Source of the DNA: a bacterium
GTDB lineage: Bacteria > Omnitrophota > Gorgyraeia > Zapsychrales > Zapsychraceae
Direction: 5' to 3'
Assembly (NCBI GenBank): GCA_030429765.1
Contig: JAUIER010000004.1
Coordinates: 33,131-97,130 of the forward strand
DNA: 64,000 nt
This document shows, piece by piece, positions 38,796-48,823 of the stretch; within the stretch, counting starts at the first letter, position 1, and every line of letters begins with the position of its first letter. The notes beneath the pieces were generated by a model. The model was not told where the DNA came from. It saw only the letters and a program-made list of their open reading frames with translations, and made no database searches. Both the position numbers and the translations under genes were made by a program.

Positions 38796-41585
38796 TTACT
38801 CGCACAGCAACGGTTTGAGATATTTGGCCGTGTGGGACGTCGGATGATCAACCAATTCCTCAGGCGTTCCGGCGAAGACGATCTCTCCGCCCTTGTCGCC
38901 GCCGTCCGGTCCGAGATCAATTACATAGTCGGCGTTCTTGACAATATCCAGGTTGTGTTCAATCACCAGAATGGTGTTACCCTTATCCACCAGACGCTGC
39001 AGCACCTTGAGAAGCTTATCGACGTCGGCAAAGTGAAGCCCGGTCGTCGGCTCATCCAGAATGTAAAGCGTGTTGCCTGTCGACTGCTTTCGAAGCTCAC
39101 TGGCCAACTTAACCCGCTGAGCCTCACCTCCGGACAATGTTGTCGCTTGTTGACCCAATCGGACATATCCCAACCCGACATCGTTCAACGTTTCCAACAC
39201 CCGGCGGATCTTGGGGACGTTCTCAAACAATTGAATCCCATCGGTAACGGACAAATTCAACACGTCACAAATCGAATGCCCCTTGAACTGAATCTCGAGC
39301 GTTTGTTCATTAAACCGCCGTCCCTTACAGACTTCACATTCCACGTAAACGTCGGGCAGAAAATGCATTTCGATTTTCCGTATACCATCCCCCTGACACG
39401 CCTCACACCGGCCGCCCTTTACGTTAAAACTGAACCGCCCAGGCTTATAACCGCGCATCTTGGCCTCGGGCAGCTGACAAAACAATTGACGAATATGCGA
39501 AAACACACCGGTGTAGGTCGCCGGGTTCGAGCGCGGCGTCCGACCGATGGGCGACTGATCCACCTCGATCACCTTGTCAATCAGATTTACCCCGGTGATC
39601 GATTTATGCCGCCCGGGTTTTTCCTTGCTCTGATAGATCGTCTTGGCCAATGACTTAAACAGGATCTCATTTACGAGGCTCGACTTACCGGAACCTGACA
39701 CACCGGTCACGCATGTCAATGTGCCCAACGGGATCGCCACATCAACATTCTTCAAATTGTTTTCACTGGCCTGCTTGATCCGGATCTGGCGCTTGGTATT
39801 CACCGGCCTTCGCTGGTCAGGCACAGGAATCTTCAACTGACCCGTCAGATACTTTCCGGTCAGTGATATTTTGGATTTAAGGATGCCGGATGTACGTCCG
39901 GCATAGGTGATCTCGCCACCGTACTCACCCGCCCCCGGCCCGAGATCGATGATGTAATCGGACTTTCGGATGGTCTCCTCGTCATGCTCAACAACGATTA
40001 AGGTATTGCCGATATCCCGCAGAGAATGCAGTGTCGCCAACAAACGCTGATTGTCTTTTTGGTGCAGCCCAATACTTGGCTCATCGAGAATATAGATCAC
40101 ACCGGTCAGACCGGAACCTACCTGGGTGGCCAATCGAATACGTTCCGCCTCTCCGCCCGACAAGGTGGAGCTCATCCGATCGAGCGTCAGGTAATCCAGC
40201 CCGACGTTGATACAAAAATCCAGACGCCGATTGATCTCCTTGGTGATCAATTGACTGATCTGCGTGTCTTCTTTATTGAGCTGAATCGTCTTGAAAAACT
40301 TCTTGGCGTCCTTGATCGAAAACTGATTGATCTGCGCGATATTCAGTCCATTGACTTTAAAACACAAGGCCTCGGGCTTGAGCCTCATCCCGTGACAATC
40401 CGGACACGGAAGCACCGACATAAAACGCGACAGCTCATCCTTGAGCCAGTCGCTATCCGTGTTTTTAAACATCCGCTCCAAATACGGAACCACACCCTCA
40501 TACTTTTTGCCCCACACGGTGTCATTGTTTCCGTAAAAAATAATCTTCCGGAAAGATTTCTTGAGCTTTTTATAAGATTCGTAGGGATCGATATCGTATA
40601 ACGACGCCATCTCCCGCATGACCGCTCGAAAATACATCAGATAGTGACTGCGTCCCCGATTACGCGGCGCGATGGCATTGATCCAGGGTTTATCGGGATC
40701 CGGAACAAGCAGCTCCGGATCAATCTCCATACGCGTCCCCAATCCGTTACATGATGGACACGCCCCGAACGGAGAATTGAATGAAAATAAACGCGGCGTG
40801 ACTTCGTCGATATTAAAACCGCTTTCGCTGGAATATCGTTCGCTGAAACTTTTCTCGAATTGCTCCTCGTTGAAATAAACCGTCACTGTCCGGTCACCGA
40901 CCTCAAGCGCGGTCTCGACTGAGTCGGTCAGACGCTTCTTAATACCTGGCTTGATCTTCAGTCGGTCAACAACCACCTCGATTGTATGCAACTTGTACTT
41001 ATCGAGCTTTACCTCTTCCGACACGTCTTGAATCTGACCGTCCACCCGAATGCGGGCGAATCCGGCCTTGGCGACATCCTTATTAATCGTACGGTATTCA
41101 CCTTTTTTACCACGGATCAACGGCGCCAGGATAATCACACGACTGCCCTCCGGTGACTGCAAGATCTGATCGACAATTTCCTGGGCCGATTGTTTCTCGA
41201 TCGGCTTGCCGGTCTTGGGATCGTGCGGCACTCCGATCGAAGCGAACAGCAGACGAAGATAGTCGCTGATTTCCGTTTGGGTAGCCACCGTGGAGCGGGG
41301 ATTCCGGCTGGTGGTCTTCTGCTCGATTGAAATCGTCGGCGACAGGCCTTCAATGGACTCGACGTCCGGCTTCTGCAGCTGGTCCAAAAACTGCCGGGCA
41401 TACGCCGACAAGCTCTCGACATAACGCCGTTGCCCCTCCGCATAAATCGTGTCAAAAGCCAAAGACGATTTACCGGAACCGCTGAGCCCCGTCACAACCA
41501 CGAACTTATCCCGGGGAATCTTGAGGTCCAGCCCTTTGAGATTATGCTCCCGGGCCTGACGAATTGTGATGTAATTAGATTTCAT
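38796..41585 (-). CDS. uvrA: Excinuclease ABC subunit A
   Basis: It has two ABC ATPase modules and zinc fingers. The ORF-track start at 41636 is TTG, so I chose the ATG at 41583-41585 ([17 protein letters not shown]...), which matches the E. coli UvrA N-terminus. Confidence 0.95.
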   Translation of the reverse strand: MKSNYITIRQAREHNLKGLDLKIPRDKFVVVTGLSGSGKSSLAFDTIYAEGQRRYVESLSAYARQFLDQLQKPDVESIEGLSPTISIEQKTTSRNPRSTVATQTEISDYLRLLFASIGVPHDPKTGKPIEKQSAQEIVDQILQSPEGSRVIILAPLIRGKKGEYRTINKDVAKAGFARIRVDGQIQDVSEEVKLDKYKLHTIEVVVDRLKIKPGIKKRLTDSVETALEVGDRTVTVYFNEEQFEKSFSERYSSESGFNIDEVTPRLFSFNSPFGACPSCNGLGTRMEIDPELLVPDPDKPWINAIAPRNRGRSHYLMYFRAVMREMASLYDIDPYESYKKLKKSFRKIIFYGNNDTVWGKKYEGVVPYLERMFKNTDSDWLKDELSRFMSVLPCPDCHGMRLKPEALCFKVNGLNIAQINQFSIKDAKKFFKTIQLNKEDTQISQLITKEINRRLDFCINVGLDYLTLDRMSSTLSGGEAERIRLATQVGSGLTGVIYILDEPSIGLHQKDNQRLLATLHSLRDIGNTLIVVEHDEETIRKSDYIIDLGPGAGEYGGEITYAGRTSGILKSKISLTGKYLTGQLKIPVPDQRRPVNTKRQIRIKQASENNLKNVDVAIPLGTLTCVTGVSGSGKSSLVNEILFKSLAKTIYQSKEKPGRHKSITGVNLIDKVIEVDQSPIGRTPRSNPATYTGVFSHIRQLFCQLPEAKMRGYKPGRFSFNVKGGRCEACQGDGIRKIEMHFLPDVYVECEVCKGRRFNEQTLEIQFKGHSICDVLNLSVTDGIQLFENVPKIRRVLETLNDVGLGYVRLGQQATTLSGGEAQRVKLASELRKQSTGNTLYILDEPTTGLHFADVDKLLKVLQRLVDKGNTILVIEHNLDIVKNADYVIDLGPDGGDKGGEIVFAGTPEELVDHPTSHTAKYLKPLLCE

Positions 41586-41614
41586 GAAATGAGTGATTTT
41601 CGGGCAAAAATCAC

Positions 41615-41643
41615 ATATTAGATCAGGTTGGACCAACCGTCAA
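41615..41643 (-). promoter_or_regulatory. Sigma70-like promoter for uvrA (TTGACG-17-TAATAT) with the palindrome GGTTGGtCCAACC in the spacer
   Basis: The minus-strand -35 is at 41638-41643 and the -10 at 41615-41620. The inverted repeat lies at 41626-41638. Confidence 0.5.
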
Positions 41644-41645
41644 CC

Positions 41646-41693
41646 AATAAAAAAACAACCCCTGTTGATACATTTAACAAGGGTTGTTTTTCT
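41646..41693 (-). terminator. Bidirectional rho-independent terminator between the lysine-rich protein gene and uvrA
   Basis: Two 12-nt arms (41655-41666 and 41676-41687) pair with one mismatch around a 9-nt loop. The stem is flanked by A7 on one side and T5-7 on the other. Confidence 0.65.
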
Positions 41694-41710
41694 ATGAAAA
41701 CCGCTCGCCG

Positions 41711-42217
41711 CTATCGACGTCGAGTTGATTTCTTTTTGGTCGTCTTCTTCGCAGTTTTGCGCTTAGCTGTTTTCTTTTTAGCGGCTTTTTTCTTTGTCGC
41801 TTTTTTCTTCACAGCTTTCTTTTTAGTCGCCTTCTTTTTCGTTGCTTTTTTCTTGGCAACTTTACGCGTCGCTGCTTTTCTCTTAGTTGTCTTCTTCTTA
41901 GCTGCTTTCTTCTTTGTTGCTTTTTTCTTTGTTGCTTTCTTCTTAGCTGCTTTGCGTTTTACGGTCTTTTTCTTTTTGGCTTTGCGTTTTGTTCCCCCGC
42001 GAACCATCTTAGCGCTAGAGATGTCCCCGTTCTTATCTATGAAGTACAGATATCCAGGTTTTTTCTTAACGCCTACCTTAGCGACTTTTTTAGGCTTACC
42101 ACCCTTTTTGCTTCCGCGCGCCATTTTTGCGCAGGAAATGTCGCCGTTTTTGTCAACAAAGTAAAGGTATCCCTTTTCTTTTTTGACGCCTACTTTTGCA
42201 ACCTTCTGAGTAGCCAT
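41711..42217 (-). CDS. Histone H1/Hc1-like lysine-rich DNA-binding protein with a duplicated N-terminal ~38-aa module
   Basis: 168 aa. Two tandem repeats (KVAKVGVKKEKGYLYFVDKNGDISCAKMARG and KVAKVGVKKKPGYLYFIDKNGDISSAKMVRG) are followed by ~95 aa of K/A/T-rich low complexity (KKKATKKKAAKKK...). A strong SD (AAGGGGGTGA) lies 7 nt upstream, and it has its own terminator. Confidence 0.7.
   Translation of the reverse strand: MATQKVAKVGVKKEKGYLYFVDKNGDISCAKMARGSKKGGKPKKVAKVGVKKKPGYLYFIDKNGDISSAKMVRGGTKRKAKKKKTVKRKAAKKKATKKKATKKKAAKKKTTKRKAATRKVAKKKATKKKATKKKAVKKKATKKKAAKKKTAKRKTAKKTTKKKSTRRR
41740..42000. repeat. Imperfect tandem nucleotide repeats (lysine/alanine codon low-complexity region)
   Basis: Reiterated gctttcttcttagc/gttgcttttttct units make up the region. 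Confidence 0.7.
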
Positions 42218-42241
42218 ATCTTCACCCCCTTTCCTAAATTA

Positions 42242-43069
42242 TTAAGTTCCGATGAGAATTCCGGTACAATATTGCTTCAACGTCTGTAAACCGGAAAGCA
42301 CTGCCAGATAGCTGGTTTTGGGATTATCCGGACACACCACATTTTCGGTGCGTGTCACGATTCTTCCAAATTCGCCATCCAGTTCAATCTCGTGTATGTT
42401 TCTTTTATATGCTGGTGAAACAATAATTTTTATATGAAGCTTCTGAGGGATTTGGCTGGCCAGGGCAATCGTAGCCGCCACATTGATATTTTGAGGAAAG
42501 TACTTCACCGCGTCATTAACCGAACCTGAAAAGATTGTCGTCTCTTTTTTGATCTTGCTCATGACAATCCCCATTTTATCCAGATAGTCGTTACCCTGAA
42601 ATCCGCTGATTGGTTTGCGCGTGGTCAACGTGATCTTTTTGGTCTTGACCAAACTCGCCGCCTTGATGGCGTCGACGCCCGCAATCGCGCCCGACGGAAG
42701 AAGGATATAGCACTTGTTTTTCTTGGCCAACTTGAATAGCTTGGAGGCCTTCAGCAGCTTGCCGACGCTCATCGCCAGAACACTCTTTTTGGCGCGGATG
42801 GCCTGTTCGATGATTTCTGTGGTGTTGGGAGAATTGACTGCTTCTACCACACAGTCACTGGAATGGATTAGAGAATCAAGGGAACGTTTGCGAACCCCTT
42901 TGAGCTTCAGACGCTGAGATAATTTGTCGACTTTGTTCCGGTCAACATCGAATAGCCCGCTGACCTTGCAGTCTTTTTTGAGGTCTTTCGTAATACTTTC
43001 AGCCATACGAGACCCAATTGCTCCGCACCCAATAATTCCCACCTTGACTTTATAATTGGGCGATTTCAT
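42242..43069 (-). CDS. nadX: L-aspartate dehydrogenase family protein (NadX-like, DUF108)
   Basis: 275 aa with a KVKVGIIGCGAIGSRMAE Rossmann N-terminus and an Asp-dehydrogenase-like C-terminal domain. Confidence 0.6.
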   Translation of the reverse strand: MKSPNYKVKVGIIGCGAIGSRMAESITKDLKKDCKVSGLFDVDRNKVDKLSQRLKLKGVRKRSLDSLIHSSDCVVEAVNSPNTTEIIEQAIRAKKSVLAMSVGKLLKASKLFKLAKKNKCYILLPSGAIAGVDAIKAASLVKTKKITLTTRKPISGFQGNDYLDKMGIVMSKIKKETTIFSGSVNDAVKYFPQNINVAATIALASQIPQKLHIKIIVSPAYKRNIHEIELDGEFGRIVTRTENVVCPDNPKTSYLAVLSGLQTLKQYCTGILIGT

Positions 43070-43917
43070 TTGGCCTGGACCAGAATATTGTCAATTAATC
43101 TGGCAGTGTTGAATTTCACAGCGAGAGCAATCAGAATATTTCCTTTTAAGTGTTTTACCGGATTTAGTGTTTCAGTTTCCACGCATTCAATATAATCAAT
43201 TTTGGAGTCGGTGTGTTGACTAATATGTTGTTCGATCAGCTTCCTGATCTTTTGACTGCTTGTAACTCCTGACTTGACCGCTTGTCGCGCTTTTTTGAGC
43301 GCTTCATAAATCGCCGGCGCTTGTCGACGCTGATCGGACGTCAGATACTGATTGCGTGAACTCAAAGCCAGACCGTCTTTGGCTCGCACGGTCGGGCATA
43401 TTTTTATTTTAGTGGCGAAATTAAGGTCTTTCACCATTCGCTTGAGGACGAAGGCCTGCTGCGCATCTTTCTGCCCCAAGTACATAATGTCCGGTAATAC
43501 CAAATTAATGAGCTTCACGACGATTGTTGTCACGCCCCGAAAATGCGTCGGTCTGGACCGTCCGCATAAGTTCCGGGTTAACTCAGCCACTTCAACACTT
43601 GTCAAAAATGGCGTCGGATACATCATATCCGTCGTCGGTAAAAAAATTATATCAACATTTTCTTCCTTTGCCAACAAAATGTCAGTTTTTTTATCTCGAG
43701 GATAGGCTGAAAAATCTTCTTTTTTGGGATCAAATTGGGAGGGATTAACAAAAATACTTAAGACGACAATATCATTTTCTCGTCGAGCTTTTCTAATCAG
43801 CGACAAATGACCTTCATGCAAGGCCCCCATGGTAGGGACAAAACCAATCGTCTTACCTTTTCGGATCAGCTGCCGAATTTCTTTTTGTAGGACAGCGGGA
43901 CTTTTAATTTGGCGCAT
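43066..43917 (-). CDS. panC: Pantoate--beta-alanine ligase
   Basis: It carries PTMGALHEGHLSLI (the HIGH motif). I used the internal ATG (MRQIKSP...) to limit overlap with folK. Confidence 0.85.
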   Translation of the reverse strand: MRQIKSPAVLQKEIRQLIRKGKTIGFVPTMGALHEGHLSLIRKARRENDIVVLSIFVNPSQFDPKKEDFSAYPRDKKTDILLAKEENVDIIFLPTTDMMYPTPFLTSVEVAELTRNLCGRSRPTHFRGVTTIVVKLINLVLPDIMYLGQKDAQQAFVLKRMVKDLNFATKIKICPTVRAKDGLALSSRNQYLTSDQRRQAPAIYEALKKARQAVKSGVTSSQKIRKLIEQHISQHTDSKIDYIECVETETLNPVKHLKGNILIALAVKFNTARLIDNILVQAK

Positions 43918-44341
43918 AAATCTGCTCGATCTCGTCGATTGATAACAAATCACTCAAGGGTCTCATCACGAAGGGCCGCTCAAACATCCGTGGATGCGGG
44001 ATCTGTAAATCCCGGCTATTCATTACAATATCATCATACATTAAAATATCAAGATCAATCACCCGCGGTCCGTTCCGTACGGTCCGTACGCGGCCCATGC
44101 CGGATTCAATTCGTTGTAGTCGGGATAATAGCTGACGCGGTGAGAGATCGGTTTTGATATGCACAACACCGTTTAGAAAATCAGGCTGGGGTGGTCCTCC
44201 GACGGGATCTGTTTCGATGATGGAGGAGACATCGACGACACGGGTCCCCCCGGACGGATCGTCCAGGAGACCCAGCGCGATTTCGAGATTGAGATGCCGG
44301 TCACCCAAATTGGTGCCGATCCCAAGAAAAGCATTATTCAA
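43904..44341 (-). CDS. folK: 2-amino-4-hydroxy-6-hydroxymethyldihydropteridine pyrophosphokinase
   Basis: 145 aa with an HPPK fold (AFLGIGTNLGDR...IDLDIL...PHPRM). Confidence 0.85.
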   Translation of the reverse strand: MNNAFLGIGTNLGDRHLNLEIALGLLDDPSGGTRVVDVSSIIETDPVGGPPQPDFLNGVVHIKTDLSPRQLLSRLQRIESGMGRVRTVRNGPRVIDLDILMYDDIVMNSRDLQIPHPRMFERPFVMRPLSDLLSIDEIEQIYAPN

Positions 44342-45520
44342 CTACAGGACCTTCGCCAAACGATCGACTGCCTCTTCAAGACGGGATCGCTCAACCGTTA
44401 AGGCCATGCGGATGAAGCCTTCGCCTCCGGCACCGAACCCGTTGCCCGGCGTGGCGACGATATTGGCCTGATCCAAGAAGGTCTTGGCGCAATCCATCGA
44501 CGACGAGAATCCTTTGGGAAGCCTCGCCCAGACATAGAAGGCCGCTTTCGGCGGCAGTACGTCCCAACCCAAGCCGTTCAAACCTTGAACCAGACAATCG
44601 CGCCGGTCCTGATAGAGATCCCGCATCGCCTGCGTCACCGACGGGTTACTTTGTAACGCCGCTATACCCGCCACCTGAATCGCCGAAAAAATCCCTGAAT
44701 CATAGTTGGACTTAACTTTACCCAGCGCCGCGATCAATGTCGGATGACCGCAGGCCCAGCCGATTCTCCAACCGGTCATGTAATAGGTTTTGGATAATGA
44801 GTGAAACTCGATCGCCACGTCCTTGGCCCCGTCGATCTCAAAAATACTCAGCGGCTTTTGTCCGTCGAAATACACCTCCGAATAAGCCATATCTGAGAGA
44901 ATGATCATTCCGTTTTCACGGGCGATTTTGACCAAACCTTCATAAAACTCCCGTGTGGCCACAGCGGCCGTCGGGTTATTCGGGTAATTGATAACGATCA
45001 TCTTGGCATCACCATGCTTGGCGATGTCATTCAAATCCGGCAGCCAATTGTTTTCAGCCGTTAACGGCACATCTACAATGTTCCCGCCGGCAAACTGAAT
45101 CGTCGGACGGTAAGCCGGATAGGCCGGATCGGTCAGCAAGACCTTATCACCTGGATTAATGACCCCCAATGGAAAATGGGCAATCCCCTCTTTGGACCCG
45201 ATCAACGGATAAATTTCTGTGTCAGGGTTCAGATCAGCGGCAAACCGGATCTTGAACCATGCGCTGATTTCCTTACGCAGCGCCGGCATCCCGGCGTCCA
45301 GCGCATAATGATGATTATCTCCGTCATCCAACGCGACCTTCATCGCCTCAATGATATGTGTGGGCGTTGCATAATCGGGATCCCCGATGCCGAGATTGAT
45401 GACGTCACGCCCCTCGGCGATCGCCGCGCGTTTGGCTTTGTCAATTTCCACAAATAAATACGGCGGCAACTTTTTTAATCGATCGGCAAATTCCAGGTTC
45501 AGATTGGCTTGTGTGCTCAT
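44342..45520 (-). CDS. dapL: Class-I aminotransferase, probable LL-diaminopimelate aminotransferase (DapL-like)
   Basis: 392 aa with motifs PPYLF, NLGIGDPD, TDPAYPAY and HSLSKTY matching DapL. It heads a dapB-dapA-dapF-lysA cluster that lacks dapD/dapE. Confidence 0.6.
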   Translation of the reverse strand: MSTQANLNLEFADRLKKLPPYLFVEIDKAKRAAIAEGRDVINLGIGDPDYATPTHIIEAMKVALDDGDNHHYALDAGMPALRKEISAWFKIRFAADLNPDTEIYPLIGSKEGIAHFPLGVINPGDKVLLTDPAYPAYRPTIQFAGGNIVDVPLTAENNWLPDLNDIAKHGDAKMIVINYPNNPTAAVATREFYEGLVKIARENGMIILSDMAYSEVYFDGQKPLSIFEIDGAKDVAIEFHSLSKTYYMTGWRIGWACGHPTLIAALGKVKSNYDSGIFSAIQVAGIAALQSNPSVTQAMRDLYQDRRDCLVQGLNGLGWDVLPPKAAFYVWARLPKGFSSSMDCAKTFLDQANIVATPGNGFGAGGEGFIRMALTVERSRLEEAVDRLAKVL

Positions 45521-45537
45521 ATGACAGCTTGTCCTTT

Positions 45538-46263
45538 CTATCGTATCGCGTTGAGGCCCAGCACATCCTGCATGGTGAACAGGCCGGACTTTTTATCTTT
45601 GAGAAATTTGGCGGCTGTAATAGCCCCTTTGGCAAACATGCTGCGGTCCTTGGCATGATGCGAGATTGTCAGTACGTCCTCGTTGGATTCAAAACGAATG
45701 GTGTGATCACCGATCACTTCCCCTTCACGAATCGCGTCGATCTCGGACACCTTGATACCCGACGATTTCTCGGCGAGTTCAGCCATCGTCTTCGCCGTTC
45801 CCGAGGGCTTGTCTTTTTTGTGAATGTGATGTGTCTCCGTCAAGGAAATATCCGTCGCGCCTATGGCTTGCCCCGTGATCTCAATCAGCTTGAACAGGAT
45901 GTTCACGCCGATTGACATATTGCTGGCAAACACGATCGGAATGTCCTCTGCCGCCGCCTGAATCTGGGTGATTTGATCCTGGGTGAATCCCGTCGTCCCG
46001 ATAACCATGGGCACTCCATGTGATTGGGCCGCCTTGAGATTATCAAGCGTGCCGTCAGGCAAGGTAAACTCGATCAACGCGTCACAGCCTTTGATCTTGG
46101 CGTTGTCCGTATAGACATCAACCCCAGAGACGGATTCCGTACATTTAGGATGCGCCGAATGTTCAAGTAACGTCGTAACTTTGATATCCGCATCGGCCAA
46201 GGCCAATTTGATGATCGCCTGTCCCATGCGGCCATGGGCCCCGCTTATCGCTAAATTCAACAT
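45538..46263 (-). CDS. dapB: 4-hydroxy-tetrahydrodipicolinate reductase
   Basis: 241 aa starting MLNLAISGAHGRMG. Confidence 0.88.
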   Translation of the reverse strand: MLNLAISGAHGRMGQAIIKLALADADIKVTTLLEHSAHPKCTESVSGVDVYTDNAKIKGCDALIEFTLPDGTLDNLKAAQSHGVPMVIGTTGFTQDQITQIQAAAEDIPIVFASNMSIGVNILFKLIEITGQAIGATDISLTETHHIHKKDKPSGTAKTMAELAEKSSGIKVSEIDAIREGEVIGDHTIRFESNEDVLTISHHAKDRSMFAKGAITAAKFLKDKKSGLFTMQDVLGLNAIR

Positions 46264-46282
46264 GATATTCGCTTTCCTCCGG

Positions 46283-47179
46283 CTACACGGCGGTTAAAAG
46301 ATTGTATTCTTGAAGAGCGGCTTTGACCTTCTCCAAATTAGCCGGATCCATGTCACACAACGGAAGCCGGACACGTCCCGAGCAAAGCCCGATCAACTCG
46401 GCCGCTTTCTTGACCGGAATCGGATTGGTCTCGACAAACATTGACGCGACAAGATCCTTCATTTTGTTGTGCATCGCCCGGGCCTCGTCCTTCTGACCTT
46501 CCGCATACAGTTTGACCATGGCTGAAACATCTTGAGGGATCAAATTTGCCACGACCGAAATCACGCCGGTCCCGCCGAGATCCATCATATCCAGTGTTAA
46601 CGCGTCGTCCCCCGATAGAATAATAAAGTCAGGTCCGCAGGCCTCCCGTACCTCTTGCACCTGTTTCAATGAACCGGACGCCTCTTTGACCCCGACGATG
46701 TTGCGGCAATCCTTCGCCAGCCGTGCCACCGTAGGCGTTTCGATATTTTTGCCTGTGCGGCCTTCAATGTTGTATAGAATGATCGGGATCTTGACACTGT
46801 CCGCGACCGCTTTAAAGTGAAGATACAGGCCTTGCTGAGTCGGCTTGTTGTAGTATGGCGTAACGACCAACGCGGCGTCGGCCCCCACACTCTCAGCGTG
46901 ACGGGTCAGCGCAATCGCCTCCTGCGTTGAATTCGATCCGGTTCCTGCAATAACGGGCACGCGTTTGTTAACCGCATCCACCGTGACCTCGATCACCCGA
47001 TTGTGTTCCTGAGGCGTTAACGTCGGTGATTCTCCTGTTGTTCCACACGGAACAATCCCGTTGGTCCCGTTTTCGAGCTGGAATTCAACCAGCTCCCTGA
47101 TCTTGGATTCGTCTATACCGGTCTCGGTGAATGGCGTTACCAACGCTACTATCGATCCTGAAAACATGAAAGCCTCCAT
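46283..47179 (-). CDS. dapA: 4-hydroxy-tetrahydrodipicolinate synthase
   Basis: 298 aa with the GTTGES motif. The real start may be the internal MFSG at 47167. Confidence 0.9.
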   Translation of the reverse strand: MEAFMFSGSIVALVTPFTETGIDESKIRELVEFQLENGTNGIVPCGTTGESPTLTPQEHNRVIEVTVDAVNKRVPVIAGTGSNSTQEAIALTRHAESVGADAALVVTPYYNKPTQQGLYLHFKAVADSVKIPIILYNIEGRTGKNIETPTVARLAKDCRNIVGVKEASGSLKQVQEVREACGPDFIILSGDDALTLDMMDLGGTGVISVVANLIPQDVSAMVKLYAEGQKDEARAMHNKMKDLVASMFVETNPIPVKKAAELIGLCSGRVRLPLCDMDPANLEKVKAALQEYNLLTAV

Positions 47180-47213
47180 TGTTTATGATGATTCGTTCAG
47201 ACTATCTGTCGCT

Positions 47214-48038
47214 TCACAGATAGTATTCGCCTTTGGCGATAAATTTTGCACTGCCTTTGAGATGAACATTCGAGATCACACCGTCGGCCAGGTCAAAGGT
47301 CACCCTGAGGACCTCTCCGCTGCGCGTCTTCACCCGCATCGACGCCTTACGTTTCGTGGTGACGTCGGGATTCTGTTTGAGGTAGGATACAATCGCGGCC
47401 GCCACGCTGCCGGTTCCGCAGGCCTTGGTCTCACCCTCCACACCCCGTTCATAGGTTCGGCAATGGACCAGATTTTTTTGGGCATATTCGACAAAATTCG
47501 CGTTGGTCCCACGCGGTTTGAATTCGTCGTGATAACGGATAATCCGCCCTAAATGGTTCACATCGGTGGATGACAGATCATCCACATACACGATGGCGTG
47601 CGGTACACCTGTGTCAATGTAATGAATCGTCGTCTTTTGTCCGTCTATTTTGACTGAAATATCCGGACGGTAATCTTGCGGCGGACTCAGACGAACATCG
47701 GCCACTTCACCGTCAGCCTGGGCGTCAAGCACACCGGCCAGCGTCTCCATCGTAAAGATTTCCTGACGGGGTTTACGATGTCGAACAATGTAGGCCGCCA
47801 TACATCGCGCGCCGTTGCCGCACATCTCGGCCTCCGAACCGTCAGCGTTGATAATACGCATCTTGAAATCAGCTTTCTTGGACTCATCCAACACCAGCAG
47901 TCCATCCGCCCCGATCCCGTCGGTACGGTCACACATCTTAACGGCCAACTTCTTTAAATTGATACGTTCACGCGGCGCATCGATGACGATAAAATCATTT
48001 CCCGCGCCGGCCATTTTTACAAATGATATTGTCTTCAT
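47214..48038 (-). CDS. dapF: Diaminopimelate epimerase
   Basis: 274 aa with GAGNDFIVID and the two catalytic Cys motifs (CGNGARC, CGTGS). Confidence 0.9.
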   Translation of the reverse strand: MKTISFVKMAGAGNDFIVIDAPRERINLKKLAVKMCDRTDGIGADGLLVLDESKKADFKMRIINADGSEAEMCGNGARCMAAYIVRHRKPRQEIFTMETLAGVLDAQADGEVADVRLSPPQDYRPDISVKIDGQKTTIHYIDTGVPHAIVYVDDLSSTDVNHLGRIIRYHDEFKPRGTNANFVEYAQKNLVHCRTYERGVEGETKACGTGSVAAAIVSYLKQNPDVTTKRKASMRVKTRSGEVLRVTFDLADGVISNVHLKGSAKFIAKGEYYL

Positions 48039-48817
48039 TGGTTGAGTATCCTGAAACTTACATTCACTTTGGCATTTACACTGATTTGGCCCAATGAGAT
48101 TCCGTCCGCCGTCTGCGCCGATGATCCCGAGTTAATATTCTGCACCACGTTCTGTGACATCATACCGCCCCCGGAGGCTCCCCACCAGGAGTGATTGTAC
48201 CACGACCACCAGTTCGTGGGATACTCGGTAATCGCGTGCGGATCACCGATAGCCTGCCCCAACTCCTGCGCCAGATCCGTTGCTTTCTCTTTGGCTGCTT
48301 TGATCGCCAACGCCCGCGCTTGGTCGCGGTATTTTCGCAACTCTGTGGTCCGGAATTGCACCCCATGAACGTGTGTCGCACCCGACACAACGACCGCACT
48401 GAGCAGCTCGTCAAAGCGGTCAACATTTTTCACTGTCACGACGATGGTTTTTCGGACATAGTACTCGATAAAATCCAGTTCATCCCGACGCAACTCGCTG
48501 TTGTACTTGTTGATTCGTCGGGGCTCTATCGAAATATGGCTAGTCTGGATATGCTTGGACTCGACACCCAGTTGCTTGACGGCGTCGATCAGCTTTTGTG
48601 TTTGACGGTCATTCTCCGACTTGACGGTGGATAAATCCCTGTCCCAAGTCTCAATACCCAGCGTGATGATGACTTCATCCGGCTCCACCTTGACCTGAGC
48701 CTCGCCAGTCACGGTCACCAAAGAAGGACTGTCTGACTCGTGTGATATAGCATTGGCAGGACACATCAACAAAACAACAGTCAACAGCAGACCAACTCTA
48801 GAAATAAGCCGCATCAC
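48035..48817 (-). CDS. SIMPL/DUF541 (YggE-like) periplasmic protein
   Basis: 260 aa with a signal peptide and a SIMPL-domain pattern (VTVTGEAQVKVEPDEV...). Its stop overlaps the dapF start. Confidence 0.6.
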   Translation of the reverse strand: MMRLISRVGLLLTVVLLMCPANAISHESDSPSLVTVTGEAQVKVEPDEVIITLGIETWDRDLSTVKSENDRQTQKLIDAVKQLGVESKHIQTSHISIEPRRINKYNSELRRDELDFIEYYVRKTIVVTVKNVDRFDELLSAVVVSGATHVHGVQFRTTELRKYRDQARALAIKAAKEKATDLAQELGQAIGDPHAITEYPTNWWSWYNHSWWGASGGGMMSQNVVQNINSGSSAQTADGISLGQISVNAKVNVSFRILNQ

Positions 48818-48823
48818 ACCCTC

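Noticed and set aside
41628-42164. 178-aa plus-strand ORF rich in Phe/Ala/Leu (FFFVAFFF...)
   Set aside because: It is the reverse-complement shadow of the lysine-rich gene, reading AAA/AAG codons as TTT/CTT. It has no RBS, whereas the minus-strand frame has a strong SD, a conserved duplicated domain and a terminator.
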